A stretch of 28,096 nucleotides of DNA, from positions 1 through 28,096 of the IMG/VR virus record IMGVR_UViG_3300017754_001493. One strand, given 5' to 3'. The stretch comes from a virus. Taxonomy: Duplodnaviria; Caudoviricetes. A program made the position numbers and the translations under genes. The notes under the pieces were generated by a model. That model was not told the origin of the DNA. It saw nothing but the letters and a program-made list of their open reading frames with translations, and did no database searches. Shown here one piece after another: positions 1 to 8,443 of the stretch. Numbering within the stretch: the first letter of the stretch is position 1; every line of letters begins with the position of its first letter.

Positions 1-624
1 ACATCTGAGAACTCCGCGCTGGTGTCGCGCAAGCACTGGCGCATCTGGGATAGTGACTCGCCGCCTCGGTGCGACTACATCCTGCAGAGCTGGGACACGG
101 CCCATGAAGTGAAGAACACCTCGGACTACAGTGCCTGCACGACGTGGGGCGTGTTCTACAACGAGGAAGAGGGCGACAGCCCGCAGGTGATCCTGCTGGA
201 TGCGTTCAAAGACCGCATGACCTTCCCCGAACTCAAGCAAGTGGCCCTCAAGCACTGGAAAGAGTGGGAGCCCGATGCGTTCATCGTCGAGAAGAAGGCC
301 GCTGGCGGGCCGCTGATCCAAGAGCTGCGGGCGATGGGCATCCCTGTACAAGAATTCAGCCCCAGCCGAGGCAACGACAAGATGGTGCGTCTGAACGCCG
401 TGGCCGATCTGTTCACCTCTGGTAAAGTATGGGCTCCTGACACGCGCTGGGCGCGGGAAGTGATTGAAGAGATTGCCGCTTTCCCTGTCGGGGAGAACGA
501 CGACTACGTGGATACTACGACCCAAGCCTTGCTGCGCTATCGCCAAGGTGGGTTTATTTCGTTAGACTCGGATGAGCAGGACGACCCGCTCCGATATGCC
601 CGTCGTCCGACTGCATACTACTAA
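1..624 (+). CDS. terL: Terminase large subunit, C-terminal RNase H-like nuclease domain (5'-truncated by the window)
   Basis: Frame is open from base 1. Motifs SWDTA, DYSAC, EKKAAG and DDYVDTTTQAL are typical of TerL nuclease domains. Lies directly upstream of the portal. Confidence 0.92.
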   Translation, partial: TSENSALVSRKHWRIWDSDSPPRCDYILQSWDTAHEVKNTSDYSACTTWGVFYNEEEGDSPQVILLDAFKDRMTFPELKQVALKHWKEWEPDAFIVEKKAAGGPLIQELRAMGIPVQEFSPSRGNDKMVRLNAVADLFTSGKVWAPDTRWAREVIEEIAAFPVGENDDYVDTTTQALLRYRQGGFISLDSDEQDDPLRYARRPTAYY

Positions 625-633
625 GGACACCAA

Positions 634-3177
634 ATGGCTGTTGATAAAGGCTTGTACCAAGCCCCCCAAGGACTCGAAGCTCTGTCTCAGGACGAAGAAC
701 CGATCGAAATTGAGATCGTAGACCCCGAAGAAGTGCACATCACTGCCGGTGACTTGGAAATTGACATCGAACCGGGCGAAGACAGCGACTTTGGCATGAA
801 CTTGGCCGAAGAACTGGACGAAGGTGCCCTGACAAAGCTGGCCGGTGAGCTGTCCAGCGACATCGACAACGACCGAAACAGCCGCAAGGACTGGGAAAAG
901 ACGTACACCGAGGGCCTGAAGCTGCTCGGTTTGAACTACGAAGAGCGTACGGAGCCTTGGAACGGGGCGTCTGGCGTGTTCCACCCCATGATTACCGAGG
1001 CTGTGGTGCGGTTCCAGAGCGAAACCATCACTGAGATGTTCCCAGCCGCCGGGCCGGTGCGTACGAAGATCATCGGCAAAGAGACCCCCGACAAAATTCA
1101 GGCAGCGCAGCGTGTCGAGGCTGACATGAACTACGAGCTGACGGAAGTTATGCGCGAGTTTCGGCCTGAGCAAGAGCGCATGCTCTGGAGTCTACCCGCA
1201 ACGGGCTCGGCTTTCAAGAAGGTGTACTTCGACCCCAGCCTTGACCGGCAGGTTTCGATGTTTATCCCCGCAGAGGACATCATTCTGCCGTACGGAACGA
1301 CCGATCTGGACACTTGCTACCGCATCACGCACGTCATGCGCAAGACCAAGAACGAGATCATCAAGCTGCAGAAGGCCGGGTTCTACCGCGACTGCGACTT
1401 GGAAGAGTCCACCAAGCAATCGACCGACATTCAGAAGGCCAAGGACAAGGAAACTGGCTTCACGGACATCAACGACGACCGCTACACCCTGTACGAAGTC
1501 CACGTTGACCTCGACATCGACGGTTACAACGACGAAGAAGATGGCGAAGAGACCGGCATCGCCCTGCCGTACGTCGTGACAATGGTTAAGGGTACCAATC
1601 AGGTACTCGCAGTGCGCCGTAACTGGCTGGAAGAAGATGACCTCAAACTCAAACGCCAACACTTTGTCCACTACCAGTACATCCCCAGTTTTGGAGCGTA
1701 CGGCTTCGGCCTCTTCCACCTCATCGGTGGGTTCGCGAAATCGGCTACCAGTATTATGCGACAGCTCGTGGACGCGGGCACACTTTCCAACCTCCCCGGT
1801 GGCCTCAAGTCTCGTGGACTTAGGATTAAGGGCGATGACACGCCAATCGCTCCGGGAGAGTTCCGAGACGTAGACATCGGCTCGGGCGCACTGCGCGACA
1901 ACATTCTGCCCCTGCCGTACAAGGAGCCAAGTCAGGTTCTGTACACGCTGTTGGGCAACATCGTTGAAGAAGGTCGCCGCTTCGCCTCGACGGCGGACAT
2001 GAACGTCAGCGACATGTCGGCGCAAGCACCGGTGGGCACGACTCTGGCCCTGCTGGAGCGCCAGTTGAAGGTGATGTCGGCTGTCCAAGCCCGTTTGCAC
2101 TATAGCTTCAAGCAAGAACTGCGTCTGCTGGCAGGCATCATCCGCGACTACACGGACACCAACTACGAGTACGAGCCCGATGGCGACATCGACGCTGCTC
2201 CCGCCCAAGGCGCGAAGAAGGAAGACTACGACCATGTGGACGTAATCCCCGTCAGCGACCCCAACGCGGCCACCATGAGCCAGCGCGTTGTCCAGTACCA
2301 AGCGGTCATGCAAATGGCTCAGGCGGCACCGGACATTTACAACATGCCCCAGTTGCACCGCAACATGCTTGAGATTCTGGGCATCAAGAACGCGGACAAG
2401 TTGGTGCCCCTGCCGGACGACATGAAGCCGAAAGACCCGGTGACCGAGAACATGGCCATCCTCAAGGGTGAGCCGGTAAAGGCGTTCCTGCAGCAAGACC
2501 ATCAGGCCCACATGCAGGTGCACATGTCCATGCTGCAAGACCCAGTGGTCATGCAGGCGATTGGTCAGAACCCGAACTTCCCGAAAATCCAAGCGGCATT
2601 GATGGCGCACGTCGCCGAGCACACCGGCTACCAGTACCGCAAGCAGATCGAAGCGCAGTTGGGCATGCCCATGCCTGCCGAAGACGAGAAGCTGCCGCCC
2701 CAGATCGAACAGGCCCTGTCGCAGATGTTGGCGCAGGCCGCTCAGCAGTCGTTGCAGCAGAACCAGCAGCAGGCGGCTCAGCAACAAGCCCAGCAGCAGG
2801 CGCAAGACCCGTTGGTGCAGATGCAGCAGCAAGAGCTGCAGCTCAAGCAAGGCGCTTTGCAGATCGAACAGGGCAAACTGCAGTTGGAGCAGCAGATCGC
2901 GATGGCCGACCAGCAGTTCAAAGAGAAGCAGTTGGCGATGGAAGCGGCTGCGAAAGCGGACACGAACAAGCTGAAACTGGCCGAGTTGCAGGCAAAAATG
3001 CAGCTCGACGGCACCAAGATCGGTGCGCAGATCAAGGAAAGCCAGCAGAAACAAGCCTTTGAGCAGGAGCACGCCGGTATCCAAATCGGTGCGCAGATCG
3101 CCAAAGTCAATCGAGATCAGGCGCTGCAAGCGCTACATTCGTCCCAACAGGCTGCATCTAAAGGGGAAACCGAGTGA
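634..3177 (+). CDS. Portal protein (P22-like) with long Gln-rich C-terminal coiled coil
   Basis: 847 aa, AAGGA RBS, follows TerL. Contains GSAFKKVYFD and FGAYGFGL segments typical of this portal family, plus a Q-rich helical C-terminus. Confidence 0.88.
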   Translation: MAVDKGLYQAPQGLEALSQDEEPIEIEIVDPEEVHITAGDLEIDIEPGEDSDFGMNLAEELDEGALTKLAGELSSDIDNDRNSRKDWEKTYTEGLKLLGLNYEERTEPWNGASGVFHPMITEAVVRFQSETITEMFPAAGPVRTKIIGKETPDKIQAAQRVEADMNYELTEVMREFRPEQERMLWSLPATGSAFKKVYFDPSLDRQVSMFIPAEDIILPYGTTDLDTCYRITHVMRKTKNEIIKLQKAGFYRDCDLEESTKQSTDIQKAKDKETGFTDINDDRYTLYEVHVDLDIDGYNDEEDGEETGIALPYVVTMVKGTNQVLAVRRNWLEEDDLKLKRQHFVHYQYIPSFGAYGFGLFHLIGGFAKSATSIMRQLVDAGTLSNLPGGLKSRGLRIKGDDTPIAPGEFRDVDIGSGALRDNILPLPYKEPSQVLYTLLGNIVEEGRRFASTADMNVSDMSAQAPVGTTLALLERQLKVMSAVQARLHYSFKQELRLLAGIIRDYTDTNYEYEPDGDIDAAPAQGAKKEDYDHVDVIPVSDPNAATMSQRVVQYQAVMQMAQAAPDIYNMPQLHRNMLEILGIKNADKLVPLPDDMKPKDPVTENMAILKGEPVKAFLQQDHQAHMQVHMSMLQDPVVMQAIGQNPNFPKIQAALMAHVAEHTGYQYRKQIEAQLGMPMPAEDEKLPPQIEQALSQMLAQAAQQSLQQNQQQAAQQQAQQQAQDPLVQMQQQELQLKQGALQIEQGKLQLEQQIAMADQQFKEKQLAMEAAAKADTNKLKLAELQAKMQLDGTKIGAQIKESQQKQAFEQEHAGIQIGAQIAKVNRDQALQALHSSQQAASKGETE

Positions 3178-3368
3178 TATCCGAATTCGCAGACGTACTG
3201 CGCCAGAAAATACGTACGGATATGAACAATTACGCGGACGACTTGGCTGGTGGGGCCTGTCGTTCCTTTGACGAGTACCAAAAACTTTGCGGGGTTATTC
3301 AGGGCCTAGCCTACGCAGAGTCTCACCTAATGGCCCTGCTAAAGAAAGTTGAAAACTCCGATGAGTGA
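3174..3368 (+). CDS. Small helical protein downstream of portal (hypothetical)
   Basis: GTGA overlap with the portal stop, AAGGGG RBS, 64 aa, FDEYQKLCGVIQGL. Confidence 0.7.
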   Translation: MISEFADVLRQKIRTDMNNYADDLAGGACRSFDEYQKLCGVIQGLAYAESHLMALLKKVENSDE

Positions 3369-3795
3369 AATCCTACTACCGCCCGGCATTGTTTTGCCAA
3401 AAGCCTATCAGCCGTCTGAAAAGCCGGATGAGAACGCAACGGAAGAAGAGAAAGCCAAAGTCTTGCCTGTACCTACCGGCTACAAGATGCTGTGCATCGT
3501 CCCTGAAGTCTCCAAAAAGATCGACGGTACGGAGCTAGACCTTGAGAAGCCGTGGGAAACCGCGCACCGTGAGGAGCAGACCACCTCGGTTTTGTTCGTC
3601 CTGCGTGTCGGCCCCGATGCGTACAAAGACACCAACAAGTTCCCCAATGGGCCTTGGTGTAAAGCCGGTGACTTCGTGATGGTGCGCACCTACACAGGTA
3701 CGCGTTTCCGTATGTTCGGCAAAGAGATGCGGCTCATCAACGACGACCAGATTGAAGCTGTCGTCCAAGACCCCCGTGGTATTTCACACGTCTAG
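3361..3795 (+). CDS. groES: Phage-encoded co-chaperonin GroES/Cpn10
   Basis: PTGYKMLC...VLRVGPDAY...WCKAGDFV...YTGTRF...MRLINDDQIEAVV matches the Cpn10 pattern. ATG at 3361 preferred over the TTG at 3349. Confidence 0.85.
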   Translation: MSEILLPPGIVLPKAYQPSEKPDENATEEEKAKVLPVPTGYKMLCIVPEVSKKIDGTELDLEKPWETAHREEQTTSVLFVLRVGPDAYKDTNKFPNGPWCKAGDFVMVRTYTGTRFRMFGKEMRLINDDQIEAVVQDPRGISHV

Positions 3796-3804
3796 GAGTA
3801 AAAC

Positions 3805-4728
3805 ATGCCTGAAGCATTCAAGTTTCCCCACGAAAAAGAAGACGAGAACATCGAGATCGAAGTCACCGACGGTGATGTAGAGATCGAAGTTATCGACGAC
3901 ACCCCCGAACAAGACCGTGGCCGCAAGCCGCTCGACCGTGAAGTGGCCGACCCGACCGACGAAGAAATCGAGTCGTACTCGGAAAAAGTCCGCAACCGCA
4001 TCAAGGAGCTGACCCACGCCCGTCACGACGAGCGCCGTGTCAAGGAAGCCACCCTGCGTGAAAAGCAGGAGCTGGAGTCCTTCGCCCAGCGCATCTTGGA
4101 AGAGAACAAGACCCTGCGCGGATACGTTGACAAGGGTACGCAGCAGGTGGTCGCATCCAATCTAAGCGCAGCCGAAGCCGAAGTGGCCCAAGCCCGCCGC
4201 GCCTACAAGGAAGCACAGGAAGCCTTCGACACGGACGGCATCATTGCCGCCCAAGAAGCCCTGACCGATGCCAAGTTTAAGTTGGAGGCGATCAAAAATT
4301 ATCGCCATACCCCTTTACAGGCTCAAGAAAATACGGTACAAACTCACCAACCAGCACCCCAAAAGGTGCAACCCGACGAAAAATCGCTGCGCTGGCAGGC
4401 AAAAAACCAGTGGTTCGGGGCTGATGGGTTTGAAGACGTAACCAGCTACTCATTAGGGCTGCACCAAAAACTAGTGAATTCGGGTCTTGATCCGCGTAGT
4501 GATGAATATTTCGAGCAAATTGATGCTCGTGTGAGAAGTAAGTTCCCGGAAGTTTTCGGAAACAGCAAGGTTGAGACCAGCAAGCGTCCTGCGTCTGTTG
4601 TCGCCCCAGCGACACGTTCGTCAGGAGTTCGTAAAGTCCAGCTTACGAAGTCGGCGCTCGCGTTGGCTAAGAAATTTGGAATGACACCGCAACAATACGC
4701 TGCTCAGGCAGCAAAACTGGAGGCTTAA
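3805..4728 (+). CDS. Probable capsid scaffolding protein
   Basis: Acidic N-terminus, long coiled coil, basic C-terminal helix (ALAKKFGMTPQQYA). Lies between portal and capsid, with a GGAG RBS. Confidence 0.7.
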   Translation: MPEAFKFPHEKEDENIEIEVTDGDVEIEVIDDTPEQDRGRKPLDREVADPTDEEIESYSEKVRNRIKELTHARHDERRVKEATLREKQELESFAQRILEENKTLRGYVDKGTQQVVASNLSAAEAEVAQARRAYKEAQEAFDTDGIIAAQEALTDAKFKLEAIKNYRHTPLQAQENTVQTHQPAPQKVQPDEKSLRWQAKNQWFGADGFEDVTSYSLGLHQKLVNSGLDPRSDEYFEQIDARVRSKFPEVFGNSKVETSKRPASVVAPATRSSGVRKVQLTKSALALAKKFGMTPQQYAAQAAKLEA

Positions 4729-4729
4729 C

Positions 4730-5182
4730 ATGGCTGATTCTCGTACATCTCGTGATCTCTCTTCCCGCGACAAAAGTGCTCGCATTGTGTATACCCCTTC
4801 GAGCACCCTGCCCGACCCAACGCCTGAGCCCGGCTACACCTACCGGTGGATTGGAACTCACGTACTGGGACAAAGTAATCCGACCAACGTGTCAGCAAAA
4901 CTGCGCGACGGCTGGGTTCCTGTAAAGGCAGCAGACCACGAAGAGCTTATGCTTGTGGGTAATGAGAAGACTGGCAACGTCGAAATCGGGGGACTCATGC
5001 TTTGCAAGATGCCTACCGAGCGTGCACAAGCCATTGCTGATTATTACAACCAAGCAGCGCAGGCCAATATGGAGTCTGTGGACAACAACTTTATGCGCCA
5101 ACAAGACCCACGTATGGCGACTTTGTTCTCTGAACGTAAGTCAACATCCACTCGTGGAAATTTTGGTTCCGGTTCTAAATAA
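4730..5182 (+). CDS. Head-cluster hypothetical protein
   Basis: 150 aa, GGAGG RBS, coupled to the scaffold stop. Contains PGYTYRWI and GWVPV. Confidence 0.7.
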   Translation: MADSRTSRDLSSRDKSARIVYTPSSTLPDPTPEPGYTYRWIGTHVLGQSNPTNVSAKLRDGWVPVKAADHEELMLVGNEKTGNVEIGGLMLCKMPTERAQAIADYYNQAAQANMESVDNNFMRQQDPRMATLFSERKSTSTRGNFGSGSK

Positions 5183-5196
5183 TTGGAGTTTTTTAT

Positions 5197-5823
5197 ATGG
5201 CATCAACTGCTTCTCCCTACGGGTTCAAACCCGTAAATGAGCTGGGTGGCCTACCTTACGCAGGTAGCACACGCAGCTTCCCCATCGCCTCTGGCTATGC
5301 CACGAACATCTACAATGGTTCGTTGGTTTACGTCCAGTCTACGGGCTATCTGGCAATCGCTACCGCTACCGGTGCAGACGCTACTACCAATGCCTTCCCG
5401 GCTGGTACTACGTTGACTGGTTGCATCGGCGTGTTTGTCGGCTGCTCTTACACCAACCCAAGTACCAAGCAAAAAGTGTTTGCTCAGTACTGGCCCACTG
5501 GTACCGTCGCTTCTGACGCCGTTGGTTACGTCGTTGATGACGACCGCGCTGTGTTCCAAGTTCAAGCTGCTGGTTCTATGACCATCGCTGATCTGGGTTC
5601 CAACGTGTACCTGAACGCCGCTCAGTCTACCTCCACCGGTAGCACCACCTCTGGTAACTCCAACACTGCTGTGAACGCAACTGCCATCCAGACTACCGCC
5701 GCTTTCCGCGTCGTTGGTTTCGTGGACATGGTTGGCTTCTCGCAAGTCGGCGACGCCTACACTGATATTCTGGTGAAGTTCAACCCCGGATACCACGCTT
5801 ACAGCAATGCTGTCGGTCTGTAA
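5197..5823 (+). CDS. Probable capsid decoration/cement or minor head protein
   Basis: 208 aa, beta-rich and Gly/Ala/Thr-rich, immediately upstream of the major capsid gene, GGAG RBS. Function inferred from position. Confidence 0.55.
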   Translation: MASTASPYGFKPVNELGGLPYAGSTRSFPIASGYATNIYNGSLVYVQSTGYLAIATATGADATTNAFPAGTTLTGCIGVFVGCSYTNPSTKQKVFAQYWPTGTVASDAVGYVVDDDRAVFQVQAAGSMTIADLGSNVYLNAAQSTSTGSTTSGNSNTAVNATAIQTTAAFRVVGFVDMVGFSQVGDAYTDILVKFNPGYHAYSNAVGL

Positions 5824-5836
5824 TAGGAGCTAAATC

Positions 5837-6754
5837 ATGGCTGTTTCACGCGCACAACTACTTAAAGAACTGCTCCCCGGCTTGAACGGACTTTTTGGTC
5901 TGGAATATGCCCGCTACGGCGAAGAGCACAAGGAAATTTACGTGACCGAGACCTCGGAGCGTAGCTTTGAAGAAGAAACCAAACTGGCGGGCTTCGGCGC
6001 TGCACCGGTGAAGAACGAGGGCCAAGCCATTGCTTATGACAATGCGCAGGAAGCCTTCACTGCACGGTACAACCACGAAACCATCGCTTTGGGCTTCGCC
6101 ATCACCGAAGAGGCGATGGAAGATAACTTGTACGACTCCCTGTCGGCTCGTTACACCAAAGGTCTGGCTCGCGCTATGGCGTACACCAAGCAAGTTAAGG
6201 CTGCTGCTGTTCTGAACAACGGCTTCACCAACTCTGCTCAGTACTACGGCGGCGACGGCGTGCCTTTGTTCTCCACGGCTCACCCCTTGGTTAACGGCGG
6301 CACCAACTCCAACCGTCCCACTACTGGCGCTGATCTGAACGAGACTTCCTTGGAAGCCGCCGTTATCCAGATCGCTCAGTGGGTGGATGAGAAGGGCCTG
6401 TTGATCGCTGCTAAGCCCAAGAAGCTCATCATCCCGACGTCTCTGATGTTCGTTGCTACTCGTCTGTTGGAAACCAGCCTGCGCGTTGGTACTACCGACA
6501 ACGATATCAACGCCCTGAAGAACAACGGTTCGATCCCTGAAGGCTACACTGTCAACCACTATCTGACGGACACCAACGCATGGTTCCTGACGACGGACGT
6601 GCCAGACGGCTTGAAGCACTTCGAGCGTGTGGCTTTGGACACCAAGATGGATGGCGACTTTGATACCGGCAACGTCCGTTACAAGGCTCGCGAGCGTTAC
6701 AGCTTCGGCTGGAGCGATCCATTGGGTGTGTACGGTTCGCCCGGTTCGACCTAA
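5837..6754 (+). CDS. Major capsid protein (HK97 fold, Mu gpT-like)
   Basis: 305 aa. Contains SERSFEEE, ITEEAMEDNLY, KPKKLIIP and NVRYKARERYSFGWSDPLGVYGS. Strong RBS, followed by a terminator. Confidence 0.9.
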   Translation: MAVSRAQLLKELLPGLNGLFGLEYARYGEEHKEIYVTETSERSFEEETKLAGFGAAPVKNEGQAIAYDNAQEAFTARYNHETIALGFAITEEAMEDNLYDSLSARYTKGLARAMAYTKQVKAAAVLNNGFTNSAQYYGGDGVPLFSTAHPLVNGGTNSNRPTTGADLNETSLEAAVIQIAQWVDEKGLLIAAKPKKLIIPTSLMFVATRLLETSLRVGTTDNDINALKNNGSIPEGYTVNHYLTDTNAWFLTTDVPDGLKHFERVALDTKMDGDFDTGNVRYKARERYSFGWSDPLGVYGSPGST

Positions 6755-6824
6755 GTCGGATAGTCGCTTACCTGTACGCGACTCTAAAGGACAGAAACAG
6801 CGAGGGGGTGAGATACCCCCTACT

Positions 6825-6848
6825 AAGGCACCTTCGGGTGCCTTTTTT
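6825..6848 (+). terminator. Rho-independent terminator after the capsid gene
   Basis: AAGGCACC-TTCG-GGTGCCTT with the T run continuing to 6848; cUUCGg tetraloop. Confidence 0.88.
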
Positions 6849-6849
6849 A

Positions 6850-6878
6850 TTGCACCCCTCACAAATTGGTGCTATATT
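6850..6878 (+). promoter_or_regulatory. Sigma70-type promoter with extended -10
   Basis: TTGCAC (6850-6855), 17 nt spacer, TATATT (6873-6878) preceded by TGn. Predicted start near 6884-6886. Confidence 0.7.
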
Positions 6879-6884
6879 GCAGCC

Positions 6885-6960
6885 ATCTGGGTTTTCCAGT
6901 GCGCCAAACCGCCCCAGCGGACGACATACCGATTGACGCACTTAGCTTGTATGTAAGGAC
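6885..6960 (+). ncRNA. Multi-pseudoknot structured RNA, probably the Mu-gpT-DE motif
   Basis: Four interleaved helices: CTGGG 6887-91/CCCAG 6913-17; AGTGCGCCAA 6898-6907/TTGACGCACT 6933-42 (1 mismatch); CCG 6909-11/CGG 6918-20; ACATAC 6924-29/GTATGT 6949-54. Lies downstream of a gpT-like gene. Family name is from recall, not a search. Confidence 0.65.
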
Positions 6961-6967
6961 ACACATC

Positions 6968-7438
6968 ATGGGATTCGCAACTCACCTCGGCCCTTGGCTG
7001 CTCGGCACCGTTAAAAACACCACCGGCACAACTGCTGGTACCGTGCAAAACACCGGCGCAACCATCGTCGCCCAAACCTTCAACCTGACCGCCGCCCAAG
7101 TGGCTACCGGCAGTATTTCCGCTGGTTACATCCCTGCAGGCGCAGCCATCACCGCTGTGCAAATCTTGACGACCACCCTGTTTGCCTCGGCCACCACGCT
7201 GAAGGTGACCATTGGCGGCACGGACGTTGCAACGGCCACTACCATCACTTCTGCTGGCACGTACCCAGTTACTATTGCCGCTACGTTTACGCCAACTCAG
7301 GCCAACGTGGGCACTACGGACGCCGCAATCACTTTCACCACCACCGGCTCTTCGTCTACTGGTGCTGTGACCGTGTTGATCGCCTACATGGTGCGCGACT
7401 CTAGCGGCAACATGTCGCCTCCTGCCAACCAACAGTAA
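6968..7438 (+). CDS. Thr/Ala-rich virion structural protein (possible head fibre/decoration)
   Basis: Likely start is ATG 6968 (MGFATHLGP) after AAGGA; 156 aa, beta-rich. Confidence 0.7.
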   Translation: MGFATHLGPWLLGTVKNTTGTTAGTVQNTGATIVAQTFNLTAAQVATGSISAGYIPAGAAITAVQILTTTLFASATTLKVTIGGTDVATATTITSAGTYPVTIAATFTPTQANVGTTDAAITFTTTGSSSTGAVTVLIAYMVRDSSGNMSPPANQQ

Positions 7439-7445
7439 TTAGTCT

Positions 7446-7463
7446 CGGGGGCTTCGGCCCCCG
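7446..7463 (+). other. Stable cUUCGg hairpin without U-tract (mRNA stabiliser, pause site or weak terminator)
   Basis: CGGGGGC-TTCG-GCCCCCG in the intergenic gap. Confidence 0.65.
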
Positions 7464-7481
7464 CTTCATAGGAGATTGATT

Positions 7482-8000
7482 ATGACGATGCAATACGACG
7501 TCAAACAGGCGCACCTAAACCAGACTGGCCAGATGGTCACCTTTCGTACCCGCGTCAAGGCGGTTGCGTTTGTAGGCACGGCGTCAGCAGGGCAGTTTGT
7601 TCTTTTCGATACGACGACCGCACCGGTTTCTAGCAGCGTTACTTACGCACGTTCTGGCACCACCATCACCGTCTCAAAAACAGCGCATGGCTTGGTAGCA
7701 GGGCAAGCAATCGGCATTGACTTTGATGCAGGTACTGGCGGCTCGGCCACACCCGGTAACTACGTCATAGACACCGCAAGCGCCAACAGCTTCACAATCA
7801 CGGACATCAACTCTGGAAGCATCACCGGCACCCCAGCCGCTGTGTACACAACAGGCCGCTGGATGATGACTTTTGATGTTGCTGCAGGTGACACATACAA
7901 CAACGGAACCAGCACCCTCCCCGGCGAAGGTTTGTTGGCCCAAAACGGTGTGTATGCGTATATGTCCAATATGGCAGCAGTGAGCGTCTTCTATGGCTAA
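7482..8000 (+). CDS. Virion structural protein with small beta-domain insert
   Basis: ATG 7482 after AGGAG. Contains a YARSGTTITVSKTAHGLVAGQAI segment of a type common in phage structural proteins. Confidence 0.65.
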   Translation: MTMQYDVKQAHLNQTGQMVTFRTRVKAVAFVGTASAGQFVLFDTTTAPVSSSVTYARSGTTITVSKTAHGLVAGQAIGIDFDAGTGGSATPGNYVIDTASANSFTITDINSGSITGTPAAVYTTGRWMMTFDVAAGDTYNNGTSTLPGEGLLAQNGVYAYMSNMAAVSVFYG

Positions 8001-8247
8001 GAAAAACCCATCCCTCGCAGTAGGTCGCGGCGAAAAGCTTCCGGTCTCCAAAGGGGCTGGGCTGACCGCCAAAGGACGTGCCAAGTACAATGCGGCTACA
8101 GGGTCTAACCTGAAGGCTCCACAGCCCCAAGGTGGCCCGCGTAAGAAGTCATTCTGCGCACGCATGTCCGGTATGCCCGGCCCGATGAAAGACGAAAACG
8201 GTAAGCCAACCCGCAAGGCGGCTTCTTTAGCACGGTGGAAATGCTGA
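7993..8247 (+). CDS. Small basic phage protein (RKKSFCARM...ARWKC; DUF6321-like)
   Basis: 84 aa, very Lys/Arg-rich, overlaps the previous stop. Family label is from recall. Confidence 0.7.
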   Translation: MAKKNPSLAVGRGEKLPVSKGAGLTAKGRAKYNAATGSNLKAPQPQGGPRKKSFCARMSGMPGPMKDENGKPTRKAASLARWKC

Positions 8248-8248
8248 T

Positions 8249-8443
8249 ATGACTGAACATCAAGACACCATCAAGCACGTCATCGACGTAGTTGCCCCGT
8301 TGGCGGCAATAGGCTCATTTTTTGAGGTAATTTCACCCGTGTTTGGATTTATTGGAGCTGTGCTTGCCTTGATGCGCATTGCCGAAATGGTGACGGGCAA
8401 GAACTTCTCTGAGCTGATCCGAAAGAAGCCCGATGCCGAGTAG
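8249..8443 (+). CDS. Small membrane protein (holin-like)
   Basis: 64 aa with a long hydrophobic stretch (VVAPLAAIGSFF...VFGFIGAVLALM) and a charged C-terminus. Confidence 0.6.
   Translation: MTEHQDTIKHVIDVVAPLAAIGSFFEVISPVFGFIGAVLALMRIAEMVTGKNFSELIRKKPDAE

Noticed and set aside
1192-3129. 645 aa minus-strand ORF (also 5858-6862, 11056-11703, 24914-25702, 26906-27679)
   Set aside because: Antisense shadows of real genes caused by codon bias. Composition is mirror-like (L/V/G/H-rich) with no RBS or recognisable motifs.
6752-6763. Stop read-through or frameshift to give an extended capsid protein
   Set aside because: An in-frame TAG follows two codons after the TAA, and no slippery heptamer is visible.
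6755-6825. Amber suppressor tRNA (GACTCTAAA plus a T-arm-like hairpin) or hammerhead ribozyme
   Set aside because: No acceptor or anticodon stem and no TTCRA; no CUGANGA core. TAG serves as a normal stop in several genes.
6866-6967. 5' extension of the 6968 ORF given in the ORF track
   Set aside because: It overlaps the promoter and structured RNA; the RBS supports ATG 6968.
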